The notes under the pieces are model-generated. The model searched no databases and was not told where the DNA came from. It worked only from the letters and a program-made list of their open reading frames with translations. From Anaerolineae bacterium (GTDB lineage: Bacteria; Chloroflexota; Anaerolineae; UBA1429), in the NCBI GenBank assembly GCA_963675785.1, contig OY776562.1, positions 64,001-128,000 of the forward strand: a stretch of 64,000 nucleotides of DNA, given 5' to 3'. Shown here piece after piece: positions 50,234 through 60,850 of the stretch (position 1 is its first letter; each line of letters begins with the position of its first letter). The position numbers and the translations under genes were made by a program.

Positions 50234-52822
50234 ATGGAACTAGAGCATTTATCGGATCGCAATAGTGCTGTTACGAGCATCCTGGCAGAGCTACTCGAGG
50301 ATTCGCAGTATGCAAAACAGGTTGCGGCCCATGCCGTGATTCCTGCACGTGTGGCGAGATATGGACCTTGGCCTGAAGGCTTGGATGAGTGCATTATTGC
50401 TATGCTCGCGCGAGAGGGGTTCAATGCTCTTTACAGCCACCAGGCTCAAGCTGTAGAGACGGCGCTGCGGGGCGAAAACGTGGCTGTGGTGACGCCTACG
50501 GCTTCGGGCAAGTCGCTATGTTATGATTTGCCGATCTATCAGGCATTGCTGCATGAGCCGGGGGCCGCTGCACTTTTCCTATTCCCTACCAAGGCACTAG
50601 CACATGATCAGTTGGATACGCTGAATCGTGAGATGGGTATGCTAGGCCTGAGCAATCAGGTTGACGCCTATGACGGTGATACGCCCACGTCCAGACGCAC
50701 AGCGATACGTGAGAATTGTCGGGTTATTGTTTCCAATCCCGATATGCTGCATGCCTCTATCCTGCCCTCGCACCCGCGCTGGCAGCGTTTTTTCTCCGGT
50801 CTTTGCTATGTGGTCATCGACGAGATGCACCAATATCGTGGTGTGTTTGGCAGCCATGTGGCCAATGTCATTCGTCGTCTCAAGCGGCTGGCGGCTTTTT
50901 ATGGCAGCAATCCACAGTTCTTGTTGGCCTCGGCTACTATTGCCAATCCGCAGGAACTAGCCGAGACGCTCGTGGGGCAGCGGGTTACCGTGATTTCGGA
51001 AAACGGCGCGCCCTCGGGCGAAAAGCACCTCATCTTCTACAACCCCCCGGTCATTGATGCAGCTCTGGGCATTCGCCGCTCGTATACGTTCGATGTGGCT
51101 TCTATTGCCCAGCGGGCACTGGTGGCAGGTGTGCAGAGCATTGTTTTTACCCGCTCGCGCCTGGTAACAGAGTTGTTGCTGCGTGTGCTGCGAGAGAATG
51201 CGCCGATTGGGACTCGGGCCGATGGGGTTATCGCCGGATACCGCGGTGGTTACCTTCCTGTAGAGCGCCGCGCCATAGAAAAGGGCTTGCGTGAGGGAGC
51301 GATTCGGGCTGTAGTGGGAACCAATGCCCTGGAATTGGGCGTTGATATTGGGGGACTAGATGTGGCCATTATGAGTGGCTATCCCGGCTCTATTGCTAGT
51401 ACCTGGCAACAAGCCGGACGTGCTGGTCGCGGACAGGCTCCCAGTGTGGCCGTACTCGTGGCTTCGCCAGATCCCTTGGATCAATACATCGTCAGACACC
51501 CCGAGTATGTGACGGGGAGTTCGCCAGAGCGTGCTCTGATCGATCCCAATAACGTTTATTTGTTATTGCAGCATCTGAAATGTGCCTTGTTTGAGCTTCC
51601 GCTTGAGCAGGATGATGCTCCCAACGGATCGGCGGTACGTCAGGTGCTTGATTATTTGGTAGAAGAAGGCTGGGCCTCTAGGCGCAATGGCCGCTGGCAT
51701 TGGGCAGGCACAGGGCATCCACCATCGGATATCTCACTGCGCACCAGCCAACCAGACATCGCTACTGTGGTGGCGCAGGACGAGACGGGCAAAAGCGTAA
51801 CCATTGGCCAGTGCGATTGGGCTAGCGTGCCCAGGCTTTTGCACGAGGGTGCGATTTATATGCACTCTGGGCAGCAATATTTGGTTGAGCATTTGGATTG
51901 GGAGCAGGGATTAGCCGAGACGCGTCTTGTCGAGATGGATTATTACACGCGAGCTTCCAGCAACACCAAGCTCTTGGTTCAAGAGGTTTGGACAGAGACG
52001 CCGTATACTGGCATGTTGCTGGGTTATGGACAAGTTAGCGTGACCTCGCAGGTGACAGGATATCGGCGCATCCGCTTGGATACCAACGAAACCTTGGGTT
52101 GGGGTGAGATAGATTTGCCGCCACAGACCATGATGACGACGGCTACCTGGTGTGAGTTGTCTGCTGAGCTGATCCAGCAACTCGTTTTGCAGGGCGTTGA
52201 TCAAGTGATCACTCTGGGCTCTCGCGGCCCAAATTGGCCCACCCAGCGAGAGGCTGCTCGCCAGCGCGATGGCTTTTGTTGCGTGCGTTGTGGCGCACCA
52301 GAGCAACCTGAGAGGCCGCATCACGTACATCATTTGGTACCGTTTCGCGAGTTTCATTGGGTTCCGGGGCATAACCAGAATTATGCACGGGCCAACGATC
52401 TGGATAATCTGATTACCCTCTGTCCTGATTGTCATCGTGAAGCCGAAAAAGTTGTGGTTGCCCGCAGTGCTTTGGCTGGGCTGGGGCGTGTATTAAATAA
52501 TTTGGTGCCACTGTTTGCCATGTGTGACCGGAACGATGTGGGCATTCTTACTGAGGGCGCTGTTTTGGGAGCGACTCGACCGCGTCTCTACATCTATGAC
52601 GAGATCCCGGCTGGTGTAGGCCTGGCCGAACGCGTAATGCAGGTCTTTGTGGAATTGATGGATGCGGCTGCCGAGTTGGTGGCGAACTGTGGTTGCGAAG
52701 CAGGCTGTCCATCTTGTGTTGGCCCGGTAGAAACATCTGGTGCAGAGACCAAGCGCCAGGTTGTATTGCTAGCGCAGGCCCTTGGTAGAGCCATGCGTGT
52801 GGAATTCGAGAAGGAAAATTAA
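50234..52822 (+). CDS. DEAD/DEAH helicase with DUF1998 (MrfA/SftH/Hrq1 family) and inserted HNH domain
   Basis: TPTASGKS, DEMH, SAT, ALELG.DIG, QQAGRAGR, CGCEAGCPSC; HNH at about 52220-52450. Confidence 0.9.
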   Translation: MELEHLSDRNSAVTSILAELLEDSQYAKQVAAHAVIPARVARYGPWPEGLDECIIAMLAREGFNALYSHQAQAVETALRGENVAVVTPTASGKSLCYDLPIYQALLHEPGAAALFLFPTKALAHDQLDTLNREMGMLGLSNQVDAYDGDTPTSRRTAIRENCRVIVSNPDMLHASILPSHPRWQRFFSGLCYVVIDEMHQYRGVFGSHVANVIRRLKRLAAFYGSNPQFLLASATIANPQELAETLVGQRVTVISENGAPSGEKHLIFYNPPVIDAALGIRRSYTFDVASIAQRALVAGVQSIVFTRSRLVTELLLRVLRENAPIGTRADGVIAGYRGGYLPVERRAIEKGLREGAIRAVVGTNALELGVDIGGLDVAIMSGYPGSIASTWQQAGRAGRGQAPSVAVLVASPDPLDQYIVRHPEYVTGSSPERALIDPNNVYLLLQHLKCALFELPLEQDDAPNGSAVRQVLDYLVEEGWASRRNGRWHWAGTGHPPSDISLRTSQPDIATVVAQDETGKSVTIGQCDWASVPRLLHEGAIYMHSGQQYLVEHLDWEQGLAETRLVEMDYYTRASSNTKLLVQEVWTETPYTGMLLGYGQVSVTSQVTGYRRIRLDTNETLGWGEIDLPPQTMMTTATWCELSAELIQQLVLQGVDQVITLGSRGPNWPTQREAARQRDGFCCVRCGAPEQPERPHHVHHLVPFREFHWVPGHNQNYARANDLDNLITLCPDCHREAEKVVVARSALAGLGRVLNNLVPLFAMCDRNDVGILTEGAVLGATRPRLYIYDEIPAGVGLAERVMQVFVELMDAAAELVANCGCEAGCPSCVGPVETSGAETKRQVVLLAQALGRAMRVEFEKEN

Positions 52823-54580
52823 ATGAAGAGCCTGTGGCGTTCGCTGCGTTACCTAAAGCCTTATTGGCTTTTGGCGTTGGCGACACTGATCACTCTGTTT
52901 ATCTCTGTTGGCGGCATGTTGGCCATACCATCATTTGCTCAGCGCCTTGTCGATGAGGGCATCAACGGCGGTGATTTGAATGCTGTTTGGCGCTGGATGA
53001 CGTTCATGATCATTGGTGCCATCATCTATGGCGTTTTTGCATTCTTGCAAGGCGCTCTGGCCGCACGGACGGCGCAAGGTGTGGCGTATGATCTGCGCAA
53101 CGATGTCTATGAAAAGATTCAATCGCTGTCCTTTAGTTACCATGATAAATCACAGACCGGGCAACTGCTGACACGGGCGACCTCGGATGTGGATCGGGTA
53201 CGCATGTTTGTGGGCAGCGGGGCCGTGCAATTCATTAGCGCCATCGTCATCATGGTTGGCACTCTGATGCTCATCTTTTCGGTGAACGCTCGGCTTTCGC
53301 TCATCATGGTAGCAGCCATGCCCTTAACCTTTGGCGTATTTTGGGCCTTTTCTCGGGCGGCCATGCCCCTGTTTAGAACCATCCAGGAGCGTTTGGGCGT
53401 GCTCAATACCATTTTGCAGGAAAATCTGGCCGGTGTGCGCGTTGTCAAGGCTTTTGTTCGTCATGATTATGAGATTGAGCGTTTTGCCGCGGCCAATACG
53501 GATTATTACGACGTCAACGTAGAGGTCAACAACATTCTTTCGCTGGCCTTTCCCACAGTGTTTGGCATTTCTAACCTCATCACATTGTTCGTCTATCTTT
53601 TTGGGGGACAGCAGGTCATTGGCGGGATATTGACCACTGGCGAACTGGTGGCTTTTGCCAGTTACGTGCTGATGGCTTTTTTCCCAGTGCTGCAGTTGGG
53701 CATGATCATCGCCATGGTTTCGCAAGCAGCTGCCTCGGGTGAACGCGTATTCGAGATTCTCGATGCGCGCTCCGAAGTCGAAGAAAAATCGGGTGCTGTC
53801 GAATTGCCACAGGTTGAGGGCCGGGTGAGTTTCGAGGACGTGACCTTTCGCTATGTTTCTAGCGGCGATCCAGTTTTGTGCGGCATTACGCTGGAGGCAG
53901 AACCGGGACAGATGGTGGCTCTGCTGGGTTCTACTGGTTCTGGCAAGTCAACCATCATCAATCTCATCCCTCGCTTTTACGATGTGACAGAAGGGCGCAT
54001 TCTGATCGATGGCTATGACATTCGCGAAGTCACCATCGAGTCGTTACGCCGGCAGATTGGCATTGTGCTGCAAGAGACAAACCTGTTTGAAGGTTCTGTA
54101 CGCGACAACATTGCCTTTGGCAGACCTAATGCTTCGCTAGAAGAGGTTATCGCGGCGGCTCGAGCGGCTGAGGCTGACGAGTTTATCACAGCGTTTGAAC
54201 ATGGCTATGACACCCGTGTTGGCGAGCGTGGAACAACACTTTCGGGTGGCCAAAAGCAGCGTATTGCCATCGCACGCGCGCTTATGCTGGATCCAAGAAT
54301 TCTCATTCTCGATGATGCTACTTCTAGCGTTGATCTATCTACTGAGCTGCGTATTCAAAAAGCGTTGGACAGGCTGATGGCAGGAAGGACCAGTTTCGTC
54401 ATTGCTCAGCGAGTGGCTACAGTGCTGAATGCCGATCAAATTCTAGTGCTCGACGGTGGGCGCATCGCGGCCAAGGGTACTCATGAAGAGCTGCTGAGGG
54501 ATAGCGAGTTGTACGCCGAGATTTATAGCTCGCAGCTTCAGCGGCCAGAAGATAATAGCGACGCGGAGGTCATGCGATGA
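52823..54580 (+). CDS. ABC exporter subunit A (fused TMD-NBD)
   Basis: GSTGSGKS, LSGGQ, degenerate Walker B LDD and switch AQR. Confidence 0.92.
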   Translation: MKSLWRSLRYLKPYWLLALATLITLFISVGGMLAIPSFAQRLVDEGINGGDLNAVWRWMTFMIIGAIIYGVFAFLQGALAARTAQGVAYDLRNDVYEKIQSLSFSYHDKSQTGQLLTRATSDVDRVRMFVGSGAVQFISAIVIMVGTLMLIFSVNARLSLIMVAAMPLTFGVFWAFSRAAMPLFRTIQERLGVLNTILQENLAGVRVVKAFVRHDYEIERFAAANTDYYDVNVEVNNILSLAFPTVFGISNLITLFVYLFGGQQVIGGILTTGELVAFASYVLMAFFPVLQLGMIIAMVSQAAASGERVFEILDARSEVEEKSGAVELPQVEGRVSFEDVTFRYVSSGDPVLCGITLEAEPGQMVALLGSTGSGKSTIINLIPRFYDVTEGRILIDGYDIREVTIESLRRQIGIVLQETNLFEGSVRDNIAFGRPNASLEEVIAAARAAEADEFITAFEHGYDTRVGERGTTLSGGQKQRIAIARALMLDPRILILDDATSSVDLSTELRIQKALDRLMAGRTSFVIAQRVATVLNADQILVLDGGRIAAKGTHEELLRDSELYAEIYSSQLQRPEDNSDAEVMR

Positions 54581-56415
54581 GCTTTCGGAGTGATGTACGA
54601 CACGCCTCGAACTCTTCACATGTAATAAGGCGTTTGTGGCACTATTTCTCGCCTTTTTGGAAGAGATTGGTCGCCCTGTTTTTGCTTTTGATCGTCAGCA
54701 CTGTGGCTGAAGTTGCTTCGCCGTATCTCATCGGTGTGGCCTTGGATGGTTTTATCGACCCTGGGTTGGTTGATCTGCCCGGCTGGTTGCTATGGTTGGC
54801 AGGTGGAGATCCTACTCGGATCGAGGGCCTAGCTATTACGGCAGCCTGTCTTGGCGGCGTATACGCCATAAGCTGGCTGATGAGTGTGGTTCAATTCAGG
54901 CTGATGGTACGCATGTCTCAGCGAGTACTGTTAGATTTGCGAGCAGACATTTTCGACAAAGTACAGCGGCTTTCCCTCTCTTTCTTTGATACCCATGAAG
55001 CCGGCGACCTGATGAGCCGGCTGATCAATGATACACGCGTAATCAATGATGTGTTTGGGCCAGGCATTATGCGCATGCTGCGTATGGCTATGGGCATGAC
55101 GGGCATTTTGGCCACCATGTTCACGCTCAGCTGGCAGCTTTCGCTGGCTTCATTCGCACTGGTTCCTTTTGTGCTGGTACTTACGGTGGTGCTTTCACGC
55201 CGAGTGCGTACTGCCTATCGTGTAACCCGCAAGACCGTGGGTGATGTGAGCGCTGAGCTTCAAGAGAACATCTCTGGCGTGCGTGAGGTGCAGGCTTTTG
55301 CCCGTGAGAATGAGACTTTTGAAGAGTTTCGTGCGGTCAATGCCCGTAACCGCGAAGCGAATGTGCGTGCTGAAACCATCATGGCCGGATTCGGTCCTGC
55401 GCTCAGTGTGCTGAGCACCGTGGCCCAGGCCATGGTGGCCGGTATCGGTGGCTATCTTGTACTAGGTTTTGACCCACCCATAGTTTCCATCGGTTTGATC
55501 GTCTCGTTTGTTACCTATGTGGATCGCTTTTATTCGCCCATCCGCGAGATCGCTCAATTGTGGGGTCAGTTCCAATCGGCCATTGCCGGTGCAGAACGCA
55601 TTTTTGAGCTGCTCGATGAGCCAGAGACCGTGAAGGATGCGCCGGATGCTGTTGAGCTAGGATCAATTCAGGGGCAAATCGCTTATGACGGCATTTGCTT
55701 CTCTTATGTCCCCGAAGAGCCTGTGCTGCAGGATGTCTCGCTCAAGATCGAACCGGGGCAAACAGTGGCTTTTGTGGGGCCCACTGGTGCTGGCAAGACC
55801 ACTATGGTCAACCTGCTCATGCGTTTTTATGATGTGTGCGGCGGGGCGGTTCGAGTGGATGGTCATGATGTGCGTAAAGTAACGCTGGCCAGCTTGCGTT
55901 CGCAGATCGGCATTGTGCTGCAGGATACTTTTCTCTTTTCCGGCACGGTGATGGATAATTTGCGTTACGGCCGACTGGATGCCACTGATGACGAAGTGGT
56001 GGAAGCGGCGCGAGTGGCCAACGCCCACGCCTTTATCGAGCGCTTGCCCGAAGGTTATCAGACCTTGATCGGCGAGCGCGGCTCCAATTTGAGCCAGGGC
56101 AATCGGCAATTGCTCTCCATCGCTCGCGCGGTACTCAATAATCCGCGAATTTTGGTGCTAGACGAGGCCACCAGCTCGGTGGATACGCGCACAGAGCTAC
56201 TCATCCAAGACGCGCTCTCGCGCTTGCTGGATGGCCGTACCAGTCTGGTTATCGCCCATCGCCTCAGCACCATTCGCAGTGCAGATCTCATTGCCGTGAT
56301 CAAAGGGGGACGCATTATCGAATCGGGCAAGCATCAGGAATTGTTGGCCCAGGACGGTGTTTACCACGAGTTGTACATGAGCCAGTTTCGCCGTGAGACT
56401 GACGAACCTGCCTAG
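54577..56415 (+). CDS. ABC exporter subunit B (fused TMD-NBD)
   Basis: GPTGAGKT, degenerate signature LSQGN, LDE, AHR; TM287/288-type heterodimer pattern. Confidence 0.92.
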   Translation: MSFRSDVRHASNSSHVIRRLWHYFSPFWKRLVALFLLLIVSTVAEVASPYLIGVALDGFIDPGLVDLPGWLLWLAGGDPTRIEGLAITAACLGGVYAISWLMSVVQFRLMVRMSQRVLLDLRADIFDKVQRLSLSFFDTHEAGDLMSRLINDTRVINDVFGPGIMRMLRMAMGMTGILATMFTLSWQLSLASFALVPFVLVLTVVLSRRVRTAYRVTRKTVGDVSAELQENISGVREVQAFARENETFEEFRAVNARNREANVRAETIMAGFGPALSVLSTVAQAMVAGIGGYLVLGFDPPIVSIGLIVSFVTYVDRFYSPIREIAQLWGQFQSAIAGAERIFELLDEPETVKDAPDAVELGSIQGQIAYDGICFSYVPEEPVLQDVSLKIEPGQTVAFVGPTGAGKTTMVNLLMRFYDVCGGAVRVDGHDVRKVTLASLRSQIGIVLQDTFLFSGTVMDNLRYGRLDATDDEVVEAARVANAHAFIERLPEGYQTLIGERGSNLSQGNRQLLSIARAVLNNPRILVLDEATSSVDTRTELLIQDALSRLLDGRTSLVIAHRLSTIRSADLIAVIKGGRIIESGKHQELLAQDGVYHELYMSQFRRETDEPA

Positions 56416-57227
56416 AGCTGGGCACCCCATTCTTGTTGCAGGCGGCGTACGCTGTATAGCATGCCCAGAGGCAGCCCACCTGCGATGATTTCAAAGGTGA
56501 GCAGTTCCTCATAGCGAATGTCTTTGAGGGCGGACAGAAAAGCTTCCCAATCGATAGTTCCACGGCCAAGGCGTAGGTGTTCGTCGTTCTGGCCGTGGTT
56601 ATCGTGAATATGAATGTTCAGCAAATCCGCGCCAGCGGCACGCACCTCATCAGCGAGGTTGAGGCCGCTGGCGTGTGTGTGTCCTGTATCTAAACAAATG
56701 CCCATCACATCACGATGTGGCGCAATAAAGGTTTTTACTTCCGCAATGGTCGTAGCGGGGCGGGCTGGGTTTCTACTGGGCATGTTTTCCAGAGCCAGTT
56801 TGAGGCCTAACCTGCGTGCTTCCTCGGCCAGTACGGCCATCGATGCCTTGGTTCGCTCACAATCTTGAGCACGTGTTCCTTCTAGATACTCGGCTTTATC
56901 GCGATTGGGGTGCACCACCACGACGCGCGCGCCCAACTCGGCACATTGCCGCAGTGAGGCCAACCCTGTTTCTAGAGCGATGCGCCACAAATCTTTATCT
57001 TCGGCGGCCATGTCCCAGGCAGCTTGGGCGATATGCACCGAATCATAGCGGATGCCGGCCGTATCCAGCTCTATCTTTAGCGCTTTGGGGTTATCAATCC
57101 ATCCATCCAGAGCATCCGGATAAGCACCCGGTTCGATGCGTTGGATGCCCATTTTCTTGAATATCTTGATAGCCATACTGCGCCTGAGTGCATGGAATCC
57201 GCCTGTTGCCATGCCAAAGTTTGTCAT
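56412..57227 (-). CDS. Sugar phosphate isomerase/epimerase (xylose isomerase-like TIM barrel)
   Basis: LALEN, CLDTGH, HIHDN, EHL..G.G.IDW. Confidence 0.87.
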   Translation of the reverse strand: MTNFGMATGGFHALRRSMAIKIFKKMGIQRIEPGAYPDALDGWIDNPKALKIELDTAGIRYDSVHIAQAAWDMAAEDKDLWRIALETGLASLRQCAELGARVVVVHPNRDKAEYLEGTRAQDCERTKASMAVLAEEARRLGLKLALENMPSRNPARPATTIAEVKTFIAPHRDVMGICLDTGHTHASGLNLADEVRAAGADLLNIHIHDNHGQNDEHLRLGRGTIDWEAFLSALKDIRYEELLTFEIIAGGLPLGMLYSVRRLQQEWGAQL

Positions 57228-57318
57228 AATTGTCTCATCCCCCTCTACATTAGGGTCACATTATATATAACCTGGTGAGAATGGGTATTTCAACGGATGC
57301 TTCTCAGTTTTTATCCTG

Positions 57319-57348
57319 TTGACATAAGATAAGACCATCTGCTATGAT
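57319..57348 (+). promoter_or_regulatory. Sigma70 promoter
   Basis: TTGACA-18-TATGAT with extended TG. Confidence 0.65.
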
Positions 57349-57435
57349 AAGAGTGTTGATGAGACAAACTTTCAATTGCCCTGTGGTATCTTGGGCAATT
57401 GATATCGTGTTTGTTTTGATAACAAGGAGGTTATC

Positions 57436-57594
57436 ATGGCAGAGTATTCAGTAACTTGTCCGGCGTGCGGTGGCACGCTTCACGCTCATAGCGAGGCCGA
57501 GATCATCAAAATGACCAAGGAACATGCCAAGGAGCACCACGATATGGTGCTGACGGACGACAAAGTCAAAGAGATGATTCAAAAGAGTAAATAG
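57436..57594 (+). CDS. 52-aa DUF1059-like small metal-binding protein (absent from the ORF track)
   Basis: AAGGAGG RBS; MAEYSVTCPACGGTLHAHSEAEIIKMTKEHAKEHH... Confidence 0.85.
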   Translation: MAEYSVTCPACGGTLHAHSEAEIIKMTKEHAKEHHDMVLTDDKVKEMIQKSK

Positions 57595-57605
57595 AAAAAC
57601 TCATG

Positions 57606-57651
57606 AAACAGAGTGGGGCAGCAAGCGATAGCGGGCTGCCCCACTCTGTTT
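57606..57651 (+). terminator. Intrinsic terminator
   Basis: AAACAGAGTGGGGCAGC / GCTGCCCCACTCTGTTT. Confidence 0.8.
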
Positions 57652-57670
57652 ATATAGAGGAGGTATTTGC

Positions 57671-59047
57671 ATGGTTGTCAAGCATTATGATGTCATCGTC
57701 GTTGGGTCGGGCAGTGGGGCAGCGATTGTAGATGCGGCTTTGTCTCATGATATGTCTGTCGCACTTGTGGAAAAGGATCAGCCTGGGGGCACTTGCCCCA
57801 ATGTGGGGTGTATCCCCTCTAAAATGCTGGTTGCTCCGGCAGATCGGGTGATGGAGATCGAAGAGGCGCGCAATATGGGGCTTGTGGCTAGCGTTGAGCG
57901 AGTTGATTGGCCGGCTATCATGGGCCGTATGCGCGATGTGCGGCGAGAGAATCAGGAGCATATGCAAGATGCTCTGAACCATGCACCTAGCCTGGATTAT
58001 TATCACGGCATAGCCCACTTTATCGACAAGGCAACGCTAGAGGTGGATGGAACCCATCTGAGCGGCAAAACGATCTATCTGGTGGCTGGTGTTCGCCCTT
58101 CCATTCCGCCCATCGAGGGTCTCGACAAGGTCGATTATTTGACCAACGAGAATGTGTTCGACCTCGAAGAACAACCTCGTTCCATCATCATTGTGGGCGG
58201 TGGCTATATTGCCAGTGAGTTTGCCCACTTTTTTGCGGCTATGGGCACACGCGTCACTATCGTGGGGCGTAACACGCGCCTTGTGCCACAAGAGGATACA
58301 GAGGTTTCTGAGCTGCTTAAAGAGCGTTTGAGCGAACGGATGCTGATCCATACCCATGCCGAAGCAATCCGCGTGGTTCGCTCTGGAACTGAGCTCATCC
58401 TTACCGCTCGCGACCTCGATAACTGTCAAACCTTTGAGGCTCATGGCGAGGCCTTGTTAGTTGCTGCTGGGCGCACCTCGAATGCGGATCTGCTCGAGGT
58501 GGAAAAAGCAGGTGTAAGGGTTGACAGGCACGGTTTTATTCAAGTGGACAAGTATTTACGGACTAGCAATCCTAATATCTGGACTTTTGGCGACATTACC
58601 GGGCGGCATATGTACAAGCACGCGGCCAATCGCGAGGCCATTTATGCCTGGCATAATAGCCAAAATGAGGAAAAGGTGGCCATGCATTTTGGCGCTATGC
58701 CCAGCGCGGTATTTACTTGGCCTCAGATTGCTTCTATAGGTCTGCGGGAGAAGGATATTCGTCCGGATCAGCACGTGCATATCGGACGAGCCTATTATGC
58801 CGATGTTGCCAAGGGTATGGCCATGGGTGTGCAGTACGGCTTTGCCAAGGCACTGGTGGATGGCAAAAGCGGACGAATTCTGGGTTTCCATATCATTGGT
58901 CCAGAGGCATCCACACTGATTCAAGAAGTGATCAACGTCATGGCCAGACGTGGCACGGTGGAGGATATTGATGCCGGTTTACATATTCACCCGGCTATGC
59001 CCGAACTGGTTCTGACGGCATTGGGGAATGCCATGCATATTCACTGA
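57671..59047 (+). CDS. Pyridine nucleotide-disulfide oxidoreductase (dihydrolipoyl dehydrogenase/mycothione reductase-like)
   Basis: GSGSG, GGTCPNVGCIPSK, GGGYIA.E, HIHPAMPE. Confidence 0.88.
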   Translation: MVVKHYDVIVVGSGSGAAIVDAALSHDMSVALVEKDQPGGTCPNVGCIPSKMLVAPADRVMEIEEARNMGLVASVERVDWPAIMGRMRDVRRENQEHMQDALNHAPSLDYYHGIAHFIDKATLEVDGTHLSGKTIYLVAGVRPSIPPIEGLDKVDYLTNENVFDLEEQPRSIIIVGGGYIASEFAHFFAAMGTRVTIVGRNTRLVPQEDTEVSELLKERLSERMLIHTHAEAIRVVRSGTELILTARDLDNCQTFEAHGEALLVAAGRTSNADLLEVEKAGVRVDRHGFIQVDKYLRTSNPNIWTFGDITGRHMYKHAANREAIYAWHNSQNEEKVAMHFGAMPSAVFTWPQIASIGLREKDIRPDQHVHIGRAYYADVAKGMAMGVQYGFAKALVDGKSGRILGFHIIGPEASTLIQEVINVMARRGTVEDIDAGLHIHPAMPELVLTALGNAMHIH

Positions 59048-59516
59048 GGGTAGAGTGTTTTGTGCGAGGTTGTAGTAGCTCTATTTATTGTCAACGAGCA
59101 CATGCTGAAACGATTTTTTGAGCATATCTACATCCACGCGGTCAGCCTATTGATCAGAAGCAGGATATATTGGCCTTGTGTTGCCCAATCTGGTCAATAT
59201 ATCTGCGTAGGTCTTGCTAAGATAAGATTACGTTTGCGTGGAAAAAGCCTAGCTGGAACCATTCACTCTGGCGGCTGGTTGCATAGATAAAGGGGTTAGA
59301 ACCAAACCCATGATATTGTCACTCCACATAGCGGGCTCTTGCCTAGAATATGCGCACCAGCGCTAGAATCGCCTAGCTGTCTCAGCGTTTTTGCTCGTCG
59401 GCGTCAATATGAATAAAGGCCTCGGACCGGCTTTATTCTTTTGAGTTGACACACTGCTTGCGCCCAATTGTCGGGTAGCATCAAAGACTTGATCGGGGTG
59501 TTGCAATAAAGAGAAG

Positions 59517-59599
59517 TAGGGCGGGAGGGGGTCGAACCCTCACGGTGTTACCACCAGCGGATTTTAAGTCCGAAGCGTCTGCCATTTCGCCACCGCCCC
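59517..59599 (-). tRNA. tRNA-Leu(TAA), CCA not encoded
   Basis: GGGGCGG...CCGCCCT-A, anticodon arm CGGA-CT-TAA-AA-TCCG, long variable arm, GGTTCGACCC. Confidence 0.93.
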
Positions 59600-59710
59600 A
59601 TGAACTCTATGTTAGGTCTTGGCGCCTCTGATGTCAAAAGAGCAGTGCCCCAAGTTGGCGGGTGAGTATCGTCTCGCTAGAATAGGTAAACATTGTGTTG
59701 GAGGTAGCGA

Positions 59711-60850
59711 GTGCGCGTTCTTCTGGTTTCCAAGGCTTGTGTGGTAGGCGCCTATCAAACCAAACTAGAGGCCATTGCCCGTGATCCAGATATCGAGCTG
59801 ACCGTTGTTGTGCCGCCTTCTTGGCGGGAGAAAGGGAACACCCTGACGCTGGAGCGCGTTCATACGCAGGGTTATGAACTGCGGATCGAACCCATTCGCT
59901 TCAATGGTCAATTTCATCTGTTCTATTTCCCGCATCTCGGTCGTTTGATTCGCCAGCTTCGGCCCGATGTTGTTCATATCGACGAAGAGCCGTATAACCT
60001 GGCCACCTATTTAGCTGTTCGTGCGGCTAAACGCAGTGGGGCAAGCGTTGCCGCCTTTACCTGGCAAAACCTCAATCGTGCTTATCCCTGGCCTTTTGCC
60101 GGGTTTGAGCGTTATGTGTATGCCACCGTGGATGCCATCATTGCCGGCAACCATCAAGCAGTGGATGTGCTGAGAGCCAAGGGTTATATGGGGAGTGCGC
60201 CGGTAATTCCTCAGTTTGGCGTTGATGAACTGCATTTCGCCCCACAGCTTCGTGCATTGCGTCCTTTTACTATTGGCTATGCTGGCCGGCTGGTCGAATC
60301 CAAAGGGTTGGACACGCTCATGCAGGCACTGGAGTGTCTTACGGGTGACTGGCGGTTGTTAGTGGTTGGTTCGGGGGAGATGGCCACGAATATCGAATCT
60401 TGGGCACAAGAACGGGGGCTGGCTGAACGCATTGAGCTGCGTTCGCGGGTACCTTCCACTGAGATGCCCGAGGTGTATAACGAGATGGATGTGCTGGTGT
60501 TGCCTTCACGAACGACAACCAACTGGATGGAACAGTTTGGCCGGGTGCTTACGGAAGCTATGAGTTGTGAGGTGCCGGTGGTGGGCTCAGATTCGGGCGA
60601 GATCCCCAATGTAATTGGCGATGCTGGCCTAATATTCCCCGAAGGGGATGCTGCTGGATTGGCCGAGCGCTTGCAGCGACTAAAGAGTGATCGTTTATTT
60701 GCCGATTCGTTAGGCCATGCCGGGCGGGAGCGTGTTTTGCAATATTATACCCAGGATAGTATTGCACGGCAGACTGCGGCTGTCTATCGCGGCTTGAACG
60801 AAGCCAGCGGCCTTGTTGGTCTGGATGAACGTGGTATAATCGCCTCGTGA
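59711..60850 (+). CDS. Glycosyltransferase family 4
   Basis: GRL...KG, EQFG.VL.EAM. Confidence 0.9.
   Translation: MRVLLVSKACVVGAYQTKLEAIARDPDIELTVVVPPSWREKGNTLTLERVHTQGYELRIEPIRFNGQFHLFYFPHLGRLIRQLRPDVVHIDEEPYNLATYLAVRAAKRSGASVAAFTWQNLNRAYPWPFAGFERYVYATVDAIIAGNHQAVDVLRAKGYMGSAPVIPQFGVDELHFAPQLRALRPFTIGYAGRLVESKGLDTLMQALECLTGDWRLLVVGSGEMATNIESWAQERGLAERIELRSRVPSTEMPEVYNEMDVLVLPSRTTTNWMEQFGRVLTEAMSCEVPVVGSDSGEIPNVIGDAGLIFPEGDAAGLAERLQRLKSDRLFADSLGHAGRERVLQYYTQDSIARQTAAVYRGLNEASGLVGLDERGIIAS

Noticed and set aside
52220-52450. Intein in the helicase
   Set aside because: No N-terminal Cys/Ser block or His-Asn/Cys splice junction; the insert is HNH only
50234-52822. DISARM/Druantia defence helicase (DrmB-like DUF1998)
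   Set aside because: Full helicase-DUF1998 fusion in a housekeeping context with no methylase or other defence genes nearby; fits the MrfA/Hrq1 family better
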